A stretch of 63,363 nt of DNA, filler included, from Octopus bimaculoides (lineage: Eukaryota): NCBI RefSeq assembly GCF_001194135.2. It is 10 parts of 9 records of this genome, joined end to end, with 100 filler letters (N's around TTAATTAATTAA, not from the genome) between each part and the next. Parts side by side here need not be neighbours in the genome. Positions count along the whole stretch, not along the records: positions 1 to 8,118 come from NC_068986.1; positions 8,219 to 14,047 come from NC_068982.1; 8 more parts are not named here. The stretch is one strand, 5' to 3'. The notes beneath the pieces were generated by a model. The model saw only the letters and a list, made by a program, of their open reading frames with translations. It was not told the DNA's origin and made no database searches. Below are positions 1 to 11,856 of this stretch, one piece after another; positions within the stretch are counted from its first letter, which is position 1, and each line of letters begins with the position of its first letter. The position numbers and the translations under genes are program-made.

Positions 1-443
1 GTGGTGGTGGTGGTGGTGAAGTGACAGCTGTTTCAATGGGAATAGCTTCCTTTGGGTATAAGTTATTGTAATGTCTGCTTGCCTCTCTCTCTCTCTTGTG
101 TGTGTGTGTGTGTGTGTGTGCTCTTATCTAAAAGATCAATTAAGTTCCCAATTATATCAGCAGTGGCACAGCAGTAGCAGGGTGCAGTGAAGAGGGAACC
201 ACCAGAGCTGTAGCTTAGGTGGTACTTAAACAAGTCAGACTGAGCAGAGTCTCTTGTAAACAATGGTTCCCCCACCCCTGAGAGGAGGAGGAGGAGGAAC
301 ACCAACAGATGATGGCAAAGAAGTAGGAGACCTGATAGCAGCAGTAGCAGCAGGAGGGAAAAGATGCTCATTTCTGGAGGTCTCACATACACACATATAC
401 ACACATGCACACACACAGACATCATACACAGACACACCCACAT

Positions 444-484
<41 letters not shown>

Positions 485-1741
485 TTATCTCACCCCTAGC
501 AACCGATAAAGAGCATCTCCACATGAATGCCCAATATGCAAGAAATAGCAGTCACATCTCCCCGCAAATCTCATCTTAACACTTTTTCACTGGATTTCTG
601 TTGAAATAAACTTCGTTTCAATTAATTTTGAAAATAGTAAAAAAATTAATAAAACATGTTTATCATTGATTAATCTGGTGTTTGGAATTTTTGAAGGAAG
701 GTTTTAATTAAGATCCCTTTGAAACAGAGAATTTGTATCATAGAGTCAGTGGGGGTGATCTGGGGTGGATTGGTATCAAAAAGGGAAAAAATGAGGGAAA
801 AAAAAAGTTCATGGTGAATAATATGGTCCTAAATTCCCTGCATAAAGCCAGGATAGCCTCAGATTATTGGCCTTCTATCACCATCACAATACTGCCACCA
901 CCAACACCACCACCACCACCATCATTACTCTATACCAACCATCCTTTCCGTAACAATGAATCCTCAAAAGACCCAAACCTTTCCCTGTCCCTACCTGGGT
1001 CCCGGTTACCATTATTTNNNNNNNNNNNNNNNNNNNNNNNNNNNNNNNNNNNNNNNNNNNNNNNNNNNNNNNNNNNNNNNNNNNNNNNNNNNNNNNNNNN
1101 NNNNNNNNNNNNNNNNNNNNNNNNNNNNNNNNNNNNNNNNNNNNNNNNNNNNNNNNNNNNNNNNNNNNNNNNNNNNNNNNNNNNNNNNNNNNNNNNNNNN
1201 NNNNNNNNNNNNNNNNNNNNNNNNNNNNNNNNNNNNNNNNNNNNNNNNNNNNNNNNNNNNNNNNNNNNNNNNNNNNNNNNNNNNNNNNNNNNNNNNNNNN
1301 NNNNNNNNNNNNNNNNNNNNNNNNNNNNNNNNNNNNNNNNNNNNNNNNNNNNNNNNNNNNNNNNNNNNNNNNNNNNNNNNNNNNNNNNNNNNNNNNNNNN
1401 NNNNNNNNNNNNNNNNNNNNNNNNNNNNNNNNNNNNNNNNNNNNNNNNNNNNNNNNNNNNNNNNNNNNNNNNNNNNNNNNNNNNNNNNNNNNNNNNNNNN
1501 NNNNNNNNNNNNNNNNNNNNNNNNNNNTAGAAGAAAACACTTGCTCAAGGGGTCACACAGCAGAACTGAACTCAGGATTATGCTGTGGAAAAGTAAATTC
1601 CTTACCACACAGGGGTTAATGTCATCAACTAAACAATTCTTCTCCAAAATTCCAGGCCTTGTCTCTACATGAGACAATTATTATTATTATTATTATTATT
1701 ACTATTATTATTATTATTATTATTATTATTGTTATTATTAT

Positions 1742-1960
1742 CACGGCAGTGAGCTGGCGGAATTATTAGCATGTTGGGCAAAAATGCTTAGCAGTGTTTC
1801 TTCCAACTCCTTACATTCTGAGTTCAAATCCTATCGAGGTCGACTTTACCTTTCACCTTTTCAGGGTCAATAAAATGAGGTACCAGTCATTTACTGAGGG
1901 TAAGGGGTTAAAATTGAATTGACCAAACTTACACCTCCTATCCAAATTTGTATCCGTGTG
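1742..1960 (+). mobile_element. SINE family A copy (tRNA-type head)
   Basis: GGCAGTGAGCTGGCGGAATTATTAGC...GAGTTCAAATCC...GAGGTCGACTTTACCTTTCACC; A-box-like and B-box-like motifs; more than 10 related copies in the window; flanked by (ATT)n and (AAT)n. Confidence 0.8.
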
Positions 1961-2421
1961 CCTAATAGGACACATTAAATAATAATAATAATAATAATAA
2001 TTATTAGTATTATTACTATTATCATTATTATTAATATTATTATTATTTAATGCTATAGTAGAGGTTGCAGAAGTAGTAGGAGTAACAGAAGTGGTGGTAG
2101 TAGTCATTTTAGTGGTAGTGGTGGCACTAGTAGTAGTAGTCGTAGAAGTGGTGGTAGTGGTGGTGATGGTGGCAGTGAGAGCAGCAACAGAACTGTGAAA
2201 GTACAACTAGGTGCCGGGCGTGGAGGGGGTTGAGGTGAGGCCCTAAAGGGTGGGGCAGGTCAAAGCTGATAAATGATGAGTAAGACCCCCCCCTCTCACC
2301 GCCACCACTACTGGTCTCCTGCCATTTCTTCCTGTCTTTAATGGGATGATGAAGTACCAGTGTAGGGTTCAAACAGCCCCTTGGCCCACTCTCACCTTGA
2401 AGTTCAAGTGCTTATGTTGCA

Positions 2422-2960
2422 GTACACACACACACAGATCTATTGTGTACATATATGTCTGGCTATGAGCACACACACACACAGTGTCAATAGGCACTGA
2501 CACATACACATTAGGACTTGCATGTGCGTATGTCTAGTCATGCATGTATACACATATACGCACTACACACACACACATACACACACACACATACATACAC
2601 ACACATACATACATACACACACATACATGCACACACATACATGCACATACATACATGCACATACAAACACACACACGGATCTATTGTGTACATATATGAA
2701 TGTCTAGTTATGCACACACACACATACACAAACACAACCACACATACACACACACACACAACCATACATACATACACACACAACCACACATACATACACA
2801 CACACAACCACATACATACATACACACACACAACCACACATACATACACACACACAACCACACACACACACAGTGTCAATAGGCAGACACATGCACATTA
2901 GAACTTAAATGTGCACATATGAATATGTCTAGTTATGCATGTACACACACACACACACAT
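2422..2960. repeat. Degenerate tandem duplication with CA/TACA expansions and a CACAACCACACATACATA-type minisatellite
   Basis: Blocks GATCTATTGTGTACATATATG and CAGTGTCAATAGGCA each occur twice, separated by expanded CA-rich repeats. Confidence 0.7.
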
Positions 2961-3334
2961 GCAAAGTAAATTAAAGCACTCTTAAGGAACACGTGCACGC
3001 TTATCTTAGATTTATAATTCATCCAAGTAATATCCACCACCACCACCACCACCACCACCACACCATGATCAACAACAGTTTCTAAGTGACATGACCTGAA
3101 TTTTGAGAGGAGGGGCACAAGACGATACTGTCACACACAACCCAGTATTTGACTGGAAGTTTTTTTGTTTTTTTTCTTAATCAACCCTCAAAATATAAAA
3201 TGCAAAGTTGACCTCAGCAGGATTTGAACTCAGAACATGAAATGCCGGAACAAATACCACTCTAAAGATTCTACTGGCAGGAGACTAATTAAATAGAATG
3301 TTATCTTTTTTCTTCTATATTTTACTTGTTTCAG

Positions 3335-3678
3335 CCGTTAGGCTGTGGCCATGCTGAAGCGCTGCCTTGAAGAATTCCTAGTTGACTGAATAAACCCGAG
3401 GACTTTATTTTTAAAACCTGCAACTTATTGGAGACGTAAACACACCAAAACCAACTGTCAACTGGGATTGGATTCAAACACAGACAAAGAGATTCACACA
3501 CATACACACGATGGGCTTCTTTTAGTTTCCGTCTTCCAAATCCATTCACAAATCTTTGGTCAGCCCAAAGCTATAGTAGAAGACACTTTCCTCTGCCCCC
3601 ACCCTTCCAGGTGCCACACACAATGGGTCTGAACCAGGAACCATGTGGTTGGGAAGCAAACTTCTTACACACACCCAT
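3335..3678 (-). mobile_element. SINE family B copy
   Basis: Reverse complement matches the 8227-8625 element (GGTTCCTGGTTCAGACCC, GTGGCACCTGG, GAAGACGGAAACTAAAAGAAGCCCATC). Confidence 0.75.
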
Positions 3679-3897
3679 GCCTACACCTTACATTCTGGAT
3701 TTTATTCACGGCAATGGAAAAAATTGTTTAACTTTGGTAGAACCTGAGGAGAGATATAATTGATTGAATCACTTATAGGATGTGAGATATTTATTTTGTA
3801 AGCAACACAATGATGAATGAAGGGCCAAGGAAGTTAACTGTGGATGGATTTGAACTCAAATACCTGATATCCATGGCAATGTCTCTACTTGCTCTAA

Positions 3898-4080
3898 CCC
3901 TTTAGCATTCAGATTCGTCCATCAAATGTAACGCTTATTTATTCACCTTGTAGCTTTGAGATCTCAATGATGTGATTGTTTATTTTTGAAATGACATTGT
4001 AGGGTAGGTATGAAAGACCGAACCTGGCCAGTTTGAACATAAATCAGGGAATGTTATATTTCATTTAAAATGCTAAATGG
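3898..4080. mobile_element. Probable piggyBac-like MITE, degenerate
   Basis: Left end (CTAA)CCCTTTAGCATT; right end AATGCTAAATGG; CCC-start terminal inverted repeats next to TTAA-like sites. Confidence 0.4.
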
Positions 4081-5829
4081 CTAGAATACAAGTACAAACT
4101 GGTGGAATCAACTATTTCCTTCACAATGAACGTCACTCATTCACCCTTTCACAGGCTTCTATTGTGTCTTCTTGATATTTTTATGTCCTTCTTTGCACTC
4201 CCTGTATATGCCACTTTACAATGTGGGTTTAAAACAAGGTTATAAGAATACAAATATAAATCAGAAACAACACGTAACAAACAATATTTCTTCTTGACAA
4301 CTTCTTTGATTGTCTTCACAAAGCGCCTGCACACATCGCCCTGCCCCCTCACTGACAGTGCACATGTAAGTTAATGCACTTTAGGACAGTTGACTTGCTA
4401 TCCCATAGGGGTGTCAGGATTTCACCACAACAGCTTCTATGTAGTCACTTGGTCTCCTAGAAAGAACACCTAAACCATCCTTATATCAAACTATACTGTT
4501 TTACAAAAACAAAGTCACATAAGGCAGTTCTAGATGGACTGTGCTTAAAAAAAAAAAAAAGGACAAGATGCTTTCAACTGGAATGTCTTGAGTTGTCCTG
4601 GGGCTAAAACAACCCTTTGCTTGTAGGGATACATATTTTTCCCTCCAACTATTGCTCACTCCTTCATACTTAAAACTATCAAAGGGTTTGTTTAAATGGA
4701 AGAATCTAAAGTTCACCATTTTTATCCTTCAAAATCTTCCCTATTTTCACCACTAAACAAACAACTTCCAGTTTCTTCTTAAAATAAAACAAGTTTATAA
4801 TATTCCTTAAAATTAAATAAGTTTGTGTGACATAAGGAGACATTTAATTCAGACATTTTAAGATTAAATATTTTTTCTCAAAGAAATGCAGAGAACTGTG
4901 CTGGAATGCAGTGAATGAAATTTTCACAAAATCTCTCAAAATATTTCTCATCTCTTCAAACATGGTTGCTGCTTAAAATATCTCATCTAACATCTCTCTG
5001 CATCACACAAAAATCTTATTTAACAAATTCATTTTCACTTTTTTTTCCCCCCCTTTGCTTTGCTACTTTACTATTCTTACCGAAGGCAGGTGGTGAGTGT
5101 GGACACATGACCATTGGCATAGCTGAAAATTTAACAAGTTTGTTTAGCATACATGAAGTACAAGGTTCAGTCTCACTGTATGACACTTTGGACAAATATC
5201 TCCTAAAATATCACCAGGTCAAGCTCAAACAATGTCAGTGAAATTAAGGTGGATGGAATGCAGCCAATTGGCTTGTCAGATCCCGGTGAAGTATTCAGCT
5301 GAAGCCAATATGAAATACAGACATTAAATGATGATGAGGATGATATATAATCATGGATGTCCACTCATGACAAAGGATGACCATCACTGACCACAGCCCA
5401 GCAATGCCAGTGCATGAGGTTATTGCACCTGTAGTTGGCTTTACCTGGATTTGTGCCTTTGGCTTCCATGCTTTCCATCGCATCCTCCTACTTACCTGGG
5501 CATTGGAAAGTCACCTTGCTGGCTATTGCACAACCTAGAATCTTAGGCCTAACAAGCCTTGCACAGAATCTCACAGACCTTCTCCACCCTATTGACATGA
5601 TCCTCTGGACAAGCCAGAACAAGATATCCAGTACCAATATGGGTTGCAGGCTCAAGAATATATATATAAGAGTACAAATATAGCTCATTCACCCTTAGAA
5701 TTCCCAAATAGCCAGTAGCATTCTTATGGTATGCTACCAATTCTAGTCTTAGGTATTCCTCGTGTGTGAAAATAAAAAGTAAAAACTAAGAGTCAAAAGG
5801 AAGAGTAAATATGGTTAGGCAGCTTTTTA

Positions 5830-5951
5830 ATCACTACATGTGTTTCGATAAATACAGATCCTCATATATACAGGATTTAAAGTTAAGTTTAAATTAAATT
5901 ATGTAACGATGTACCTGTATAAGAAGATCTATATGTATCTCCTCAGGTGAT
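5830..5951 (-). ncRNA. Type I hammerhead ribozyme motif
   Basis: Minus strand ATCAC-CTGAGGA-GATACATA...TATTTATC-GAAA-CACAT-GTA-GTGAT; stem I ATCAC/GTGAT perfect; GUA cleavage triplet. Confidence 0.8.
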
Positions 5952-6011
5952 ACTCAGGATGGATGTTGTAGCATAGAAATCTAGATTTACTTACTGAGAC
6001 AGCAACTGAGT

Positions 6012-6133
6012 ATCACCTGAGGAGATACATATAGATCTTTTTATACAGGTAAATCGTTAAATAATTTAATTTAAACTTAACTTTAAATCCTGTATAGACG
6101 AGGATCTGTATGTATCGAAACATTCGTAGCGAT
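6012..6133 (+). ncRNA. Type I hammerhead ribozyme motif
   Basis: ATCAC-CTGAGGA(6017-6023)-GATACATA...TATGTATC-GAAA(6117-6120)-CATTC-GTA-GCGAT; stem II 8/8 paired with an inner TATACAGG/CCTGTATA extension; one mismatch in stem I. Confidence 0.78.
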
Positions 6134-6796
6134 TAAGAAGCTGCCTAATCGTNNNNNNNNNNNNNNNNNNNNNNNNNNNNNNNNNNNNNNNNNNNNNNNN
6201 NNNNNNNNNNNNNNNNNNNNNNNNNNNNNNNNNNNNNNNNNNNNNNNNNNNNNNNNNNNNNNNNNNNNNNNNNNNNNNNNNNNNNNNNNNNNNNNNNNNN
6301 NNNNNNNNNNNNNNNNNNNNNNNNNNNNNNNNNNNNNNNNNNNNNNNNNNNNNNNNNNNNNNNNNNNNNNNNNNNNNNNNNNNNNNNNNNNNNNNNNNNN
6401 NNNNNNNNNNNNNNNNNNNNNNNNNNNNNNNNNNNNNNNNNNNNNNNNNNNNNNNNNNNNNNNNNNNNNNNNNNNNNNNNNNNNNNNNNNNNNNNNNNNN
6501 NNNNNNNNNNNNNNNNNNNNNNNNNNNNNNNNNNNNNNNNNNNNNNNNNNNNNNNNNNNNNNNNNNNNNNNNNNNNNNNNNNNNNNNNNNNNNNNNNNNN
6601 NNNNNNNNNNNNNNNNNNNNNNNNNNNNNNNNNNNNNNNNNNNNNNNNNNNNNNNNNNNNNNNNNNNNNNNNNNNNNNNNNNNNNNNNNNNNNNNNNNNN
6701 NNNNNNNNNNNNNNNNNNNNNNNNNNNNNNNNNNNNNNNNNNNNAGCATGGAAAGCGGACGTTGATATATATATCTTTGAGAAAATGAATAGAAAT

Positions 6797-6883
6797 GGCT
6801 TTTCTGATAATTTTTCCACTTTAATAATTAGATGTCTATAAGTTTACAAAAATTATTAAAGTGGAAAAATTATCAGAAAAGCC
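6797..6883. repeat. Perfect 33-bp inverted repeat with a 21-nt spacer
   Basis: GGCTTTTCTGATAATTTTTCCACTTTAATAATT / AATTATTAAAGTGGAAAAATTATCAGAAAAGCC. Confidence 0.95.
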
Positions 6884-6929
6884 AAATCTAGTCATATTGT
6901 TGTATTTTGAGATCGTCATTTTTTTATTC

Positions 6930-7216
6930 GCCAAATAAACACACATACTATATATTTTTTCCCTTCACTCATTTATTACTGTTCTTATTTTATTATTCTA
7001 ACTCATGTCCATTGTCTGGAAATCTTTCGTCATACATCTGTCACCTCATCAGAGACACTTTTCGTTTTCGTGTGTGTTCTTGCTCCATCACTGAAGAGGT
7101 CACAGATGTGTGACAAAAGATTTCCAGACAATGGACATGAGTTAAGATAATAAAATAAGAACAGTAATAAATGAGTGAAGGGGAAAAAATATATAGTGTG
7201 TGTGTGTTTATTTGGC
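6930..7216. repeat. Long inverted repeat (arms ~125 bp), a second family with hammerhead-like cores
   Basis: 6930-7052 is the reverse complement of 7091-7216; cores face outward from a ~38-bp spacer. Confidence 0.88.
7013..7058 (-). ncRNA. Degenerate type I hammerhead motif
   Basis: Minus strand GTGTCT-CTGATGA-G-GTGACAGATGTATGAC-GAAA-GATTTC-C-AGACA; the partner arm (7091-7130) has the perfect stem II GTCACA/TGTGAC but GAAA is mutated to AAAA. Confidence 0.55.
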
Positions 7217-7890
7217 AAAACAAAAAAAAACAAAAACAAAAAATGACCATCCTGAAATACTTGTTTCAACACACGGTTCCACATCAGGAATCTGGCAAAA
7301 CAAATAGATAAATATTTCTATTCAATTTTTCAAATATACAATACTGTACCAAAGATTTTCTATTTCTCATTTTACGATATATATATATATATATATATAT
7401 GTATCCATCAATATCCTTCAAATTCAGGCTACTGTTTTCAAAAAAGAAAAAGGACATGTTGGTTAATGTAGTCCCAGAAAACTAAAATAAAATGTTTGGT
7501 CTGATGACAATGATGATGANNNNNNNNNNNNNNNNNNNNNNNNNNNNNNNNNNNNNNNNNNNNNNNNNNNNNNNNNNNNNNNNNNNNNNNNNNNNNNNNN
7601 NNNNNNNNNNNNNNNNTATATATATATATATATATATCCATCAATATCCTTCAAATTCAGGCTACTGTTTTCAAAAAAGAAAAAGGACATGTTGGTTAAT
7701 GTAGTCCCAGAAAACTAAAATAAAATGTTTGGTCTGATGACAATGATGATGATGATGATGGTTGAGTGACAGTAGAAAGATTGCCACTCAAGGCTTAAGG
7801 TTTATAAGGTTAGAATATTAATGGTGTTGGGAGGAGGGCATGTATGTGTTTGCATAGGTCTATGTGGGTGTGTATATACATCTATTTAGT

Positions 7891-7956
<66 letters not shown>

Positions 7957-8080
7957 GGTGTATTTGTTTTATTAGAAAATGGCTCCAGACATTTCGGGTG
8001 TATATTTATATATGATTAATATAAATGGTGTGAATGAGCAGACATTGTAGGCAATAAGTATTCAAACTATTAGAGAGAGA

Positions 8081-8118
<38 letters not shown>

Positions 8119-8162
8119 NNNNNNNNNNNNNNNNNNNNNNNNNNNNNNNNNNNNNNNNNNNN

Positions 8163-8174
8163 TTAATTAATTAA
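8163..8174. other. Assembly linker TTAATTAATTAA inside an N gap (also 14092, 24491, 39798, 48288, 50570, 55195, 57897, 60698)
   Basis: Identical 12-mer with stop codons in all six frames, always surrounded by Ns, nine occurrences. Confidence 0.95.
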
Positions 8175-8226
8175 NNNNNNNNNNNNNNNNNNNNNNNNNN
8201 NNNNNNNNNNNNNNNNNNTATATATA

Positions 8227-8625
8227 GGCGCAGGCGTGGTTCTGTGGTAAAAACCTTGCTTCCCAACTACATGGTTCCGGATTCAGTCCCACTATGTGGC
8301 ACCTTGGACAAATGTCTTCTACTGTAGCCTCGGGCCGACCAAAGTCTTGTGAGTGGATTTGGTAGTCGGAAAATGAAAGAAGCTCGTCATATGAATATAT
8401 ATGTGTGTGTCTATGTGTCTTTGTGTCTGTAATTGTCCCCCCACCATCGCTAGACAACCGATGTTGATGTATCCTAGCAGTTCGGGAAGAGTGATCGATA
8501 GAATAAGTACTAGGTTTACAAAAAATAAGTCTTGGAGTCGATTTCTTCGACTAAAACCCTTTAAGGCAGTGCTCCAGCATGGTTGCAGTCAAATGACTGA
8601 AACAAATAAAGGAATAAAAGAATAA
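8227..8625 (+). mobile_element. SINE family B, near full length
   Basis: tRNA-like head GGCGCAGGCGTGGTTCTGTGGTAA...GGATTCAGTCCC; central GGCACCTTGGACAAATGTCTT; internal TA/TG microsatellite; A-rich tail. Confidence 0.85.
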
Positions 8626-8946
8626 ATGCATCATCTGAGAGAGAAAGTGATAAAGTAAGAATTTGCAATAAAAATTTGCACTTTTATTTATTTTGATTTA
8701 ACTATCAGCGTCTTTGGAACAAATCCTTTAAATGTTGTCACCTACTTTAGTATCTGTGACTGTTACCTACTCCCTCTCCGTCTATTTTACTCTCCTTTCC
8801 CTCTAGCATGACTGACAGGCCACACGTTGCGCTTTACTGTATGTAAGACATATATATGTATATATATATATATATTATATATATATATTATATATACATA
8901 ATATATATATATATATATGTATATATGTATATAACATTATATGTAA

Positions 8947-9065
8947 GTGGAGGCGCAATGGCCCAGTGGTTAGGGCAGCGGACCCGCAGGCAGAGGATTT
9001 CGGTTTCGATTCCCAGACTAAGCATTGTGTGTCTTTATTGAGCAAATGCTTATACACACAACTCT
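8947..9065 (+). mobile_element. 3'-truncated copy of the tRNA-Arg-like SINE (family C)
   Basis: Matches the head of 10304-10694. Confidence 0.75.
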
Positions 9066-9743
9066 TTACTCTCCGCCCCACATTTGTTGTCCATTTGACA
9101 GCGTAATCGCAGGTTTTGTCCGTCAAAACGCAAAGAGCTACAACAGATATCACAAGGTATGTACTACCCTGGACCCATTATTTATTTTCGACCTTGATGA
9201 GATGATGTTGATTTCAGCGGGATTTGAACTCAGAGGATATAGTGTATCCGAACAAAATAACACAAAACATTCTATCGATGCTCTAAGAGCCAATAATCTT
9301 TATTATGAATGTGAGTGTGTGTGTGTGTGTGTGTGTGTGAGTGTGCATCTATGATGTGCGTATATGCATGTAACAGTTATAGTTTTCCTTTACGGTACCA
9401 CATTGCACATGACTGCTTATATCAATTTTGGCATAGACATTAGCGATCTGCTAAATCATCCATAAATCCTTATGGTGAATACATATATGCTGAAAGAGAA
9501 TTAATCCCAGAATCAACCGAGCGAGCAGTCGTTATTGATAACGCTACAGAAATTGTCGAAACTGATCGGTCAGTATAAGGAATTTTCGATTAATGTTTTG
9601 AGCGATTACAGTCCCTCTCAGCATAAACGTATACAATTATGTGCTTTAACTACAGCATCAAATCATTTTAGCTCTTATTTCCAGCAATATAAGTGTTTTA
9701 ACACCCTTAGTCGCAATTAGTGACATTTGTACGTGCATGTGTG

Positions 9744-9787
<44 letters not shown>

Positions 9788-10303
9788 CTTGAGTATTAGC
9801 ATAGCTTTCAAAGCTGCATCTCTTACAATATGTATTCTCTTAAAAGTATTCTATCACTAAGTCATGGGGGGGGGGGTCAGGAAGGACACCGCTCATAACC
9901 CCATTTTTTACAGGCCTGCATGATTAATAAGAGGAGAAGAATTTACCCTCAAACCAGAGACCTAATCCGAATACTTGCAACAGGGTCAACTCCGCTAAAG
10001 TTATCCAAGGACTTAATGGTGATATTAAACCGGTCAATGGACTCTAATTCTACCACCCAAGAACTTAAAAACGCAAAAAATAGGGACAACTAATGCATAG
10101 CATTTCGTTCCACATTCTCACAGTTCCAACAGTCAACAACTATGAGCTCATACTTTATTTGTATCGACACCGAAAGGATGTAATATAAAGTTGGCCTCGA
10201 AAGCATTTGAACCAGAGCCCAGAGATGTAGAACTAATATCGTATGACATTTTGTCCTGCGATTTAATGATTCGGCGCTTAAAATGCTGCATACCTCTTTG
10301 TCC

Positions 10304-10694
10304 GTGGAGGCGCAATGGCCTAGTGGTTAGGGCAGCGGACTCGCGGTCATAGGATTGCGGTTTCGATTCCCAGACTGGGCGTTGTGAGTGTTTATTGAGC
10401 GAAAACACCTAAAAGCTCCACGAGACTCCGGCAGGGGATGGTGGCGAACCCTGCTGTACTCTTTCACCACAACTTTCTCTTACTTCCTGTTTCTGTTGTG
10501 CCTGTAATTCAAAGGGTCAGCCTTGTCACACTGTGTCACGCTGAATATCCCTGAGAACTACGTTAAGGGTACACGTGTCTGTGGAGTGCTCAGCCACTTG
10601 CACGTTAATTTCACGAGCAGGCTGTTCCGTTGATCGGATCAACTGGAACCCTCGACGTCGTAAGCGACGGAGTGCCAACAACAACAACAACAAC
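10304..10694 (+). mobile_element. Full-length tRNA-Arg-like SINE (family C; resembles octopus OR-type SINEs)
   Basis: A box TGGCCTAGTGG (10316), B box GGTTTCGATTCC (10359), TCG in the anticodon-loop position, (CAA)n tail. Confidence 0.85.
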
Positions 10695-10866
10695 CTCTTT
10701 GTCCTTTGCTCCAAATTATAGTTTCTAAGTTTTCGACCTTTCACACAATTTCAAATATCGCGTAGTTTATGGTTGCCAGATTCCTTACAGTTTACAGGAG
10801 CAGTGTTTCTGACACTATGAGGACAACAAAACTGGGATGAATAATTCTCACAAATAAGAATAAATG

Positions 10867-11856
10867 TAGGATCCTTATGGTTTGACGGCCAACATTTTTT
10901 TTTTTATGTAGTGTTTTTGGTACCGAAACACTTTCAAACTTCGTATACTTGTATATTTTGTTGTATAGAACAGATAAAAATTTTTGTATCCGAAGTTATT
11001 TCACGTTAAAAATTGTCTTATTTCGATAATTTCAACTAATCACTGACGTCTATTCAGTTGAATACAGTTAGTGCTGTGACGGTGTATATGGTATTAATCC
11101 CCGTTAGTTCTGACATTTCCGATTAACTAGACTGTTCGTAAACAAAGGGGAAAAAGCCATCAAAATACTTGAATATTGTCTGCACTTGTTATTGGAGCTG
11201 GCAGAATTATTAATGCACCTCCAAGTGCTTCATTTCCTAGAAATAGCNNNNNNNNNNNNNNNNNNNNNNNNNNNNNNNNNNNNNNNNNNNNNNNNNNNNN
11301 NNNNNNNNNNNNNNNNNNNNNNNNNNNNNNNNNNNNNNNNNNNNNNNNNNNNNNNNNNNNNNNNNNNNNNNNNNNNNNNNNNNNNNNNNNNNNNNNNNNN
11401 NNNNNNNNNNNNNNNNNNNNNNNNNNNNNNNNNNNNNNNNNNNNNNNNNNNNNNNNNNNNNNNNNNNNNNNNNNNNNNNNNNNNNNNNNNNNNNNNNNNN
11501 NNNNNNNNNNNNNNNNNNNNGATACGCACAGCGTAATTTATTATATAAACAATATATGCGTATAAATTACGATTAAACCGGATGAAATATGTCACAGGGA
11601 ATAACATTTTTATGACCGGCAAAAAATTATTTGTTTACAAAAGAGCACTGACTGTATTCAGCTGAATAGACGTCAGTGATTGGTTGAAATTACAGAAATA
11701 CGACAACTTTAACATGAAATAACTTGCGATGTACAATTTTTTGTTAAGAAGGCTAAGAGAAAAAGTTGTTTTGTATGACACATTTTACCAGTGTCCCAAG
11801 TTTGAAAGTGTTTCGTTAAGAAAACAAGTGTTGGCCGTCAAACCATAAAGATCCTA
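10867..11856. mobile_element. TA-flanked MITE with ~200-bp terminal inverted repeats (Tc1/mariner-type ends)
   Basis: TAGGATCCTTATGGTTTGACGGCCAAC ... GTTGGCCGTCAAACCATAAAGATCCTA; inner arms CACTGACGTCTATTCAG / CTGAATAGACGTCAGTG; middle partly gap. Confidence 0.8.

Larger units (their letters stand above)
5815..6148. repeat. Long inverted repeat (arms ~143 bp, 48-bp spacer), probably Penelope-like terminal repeats
   Basis: 5815-5957 is the near-perfect reverse complement of 6006-6148; each arm contains a hammerhead core. Confidence 0.9.

Noticed and set aside
7378-7760. Identical ~140-bp direct repeat
   Set aside because: The copies sit on either side of a gap, typical of unmerged overlapping contig ends.
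10304-10380. tRNA-Arg gene
   Set aside because: The cloverleaf is imperfect, there is no poly-T terminator, and it continues into a SINE body with a (CAA)n tail.
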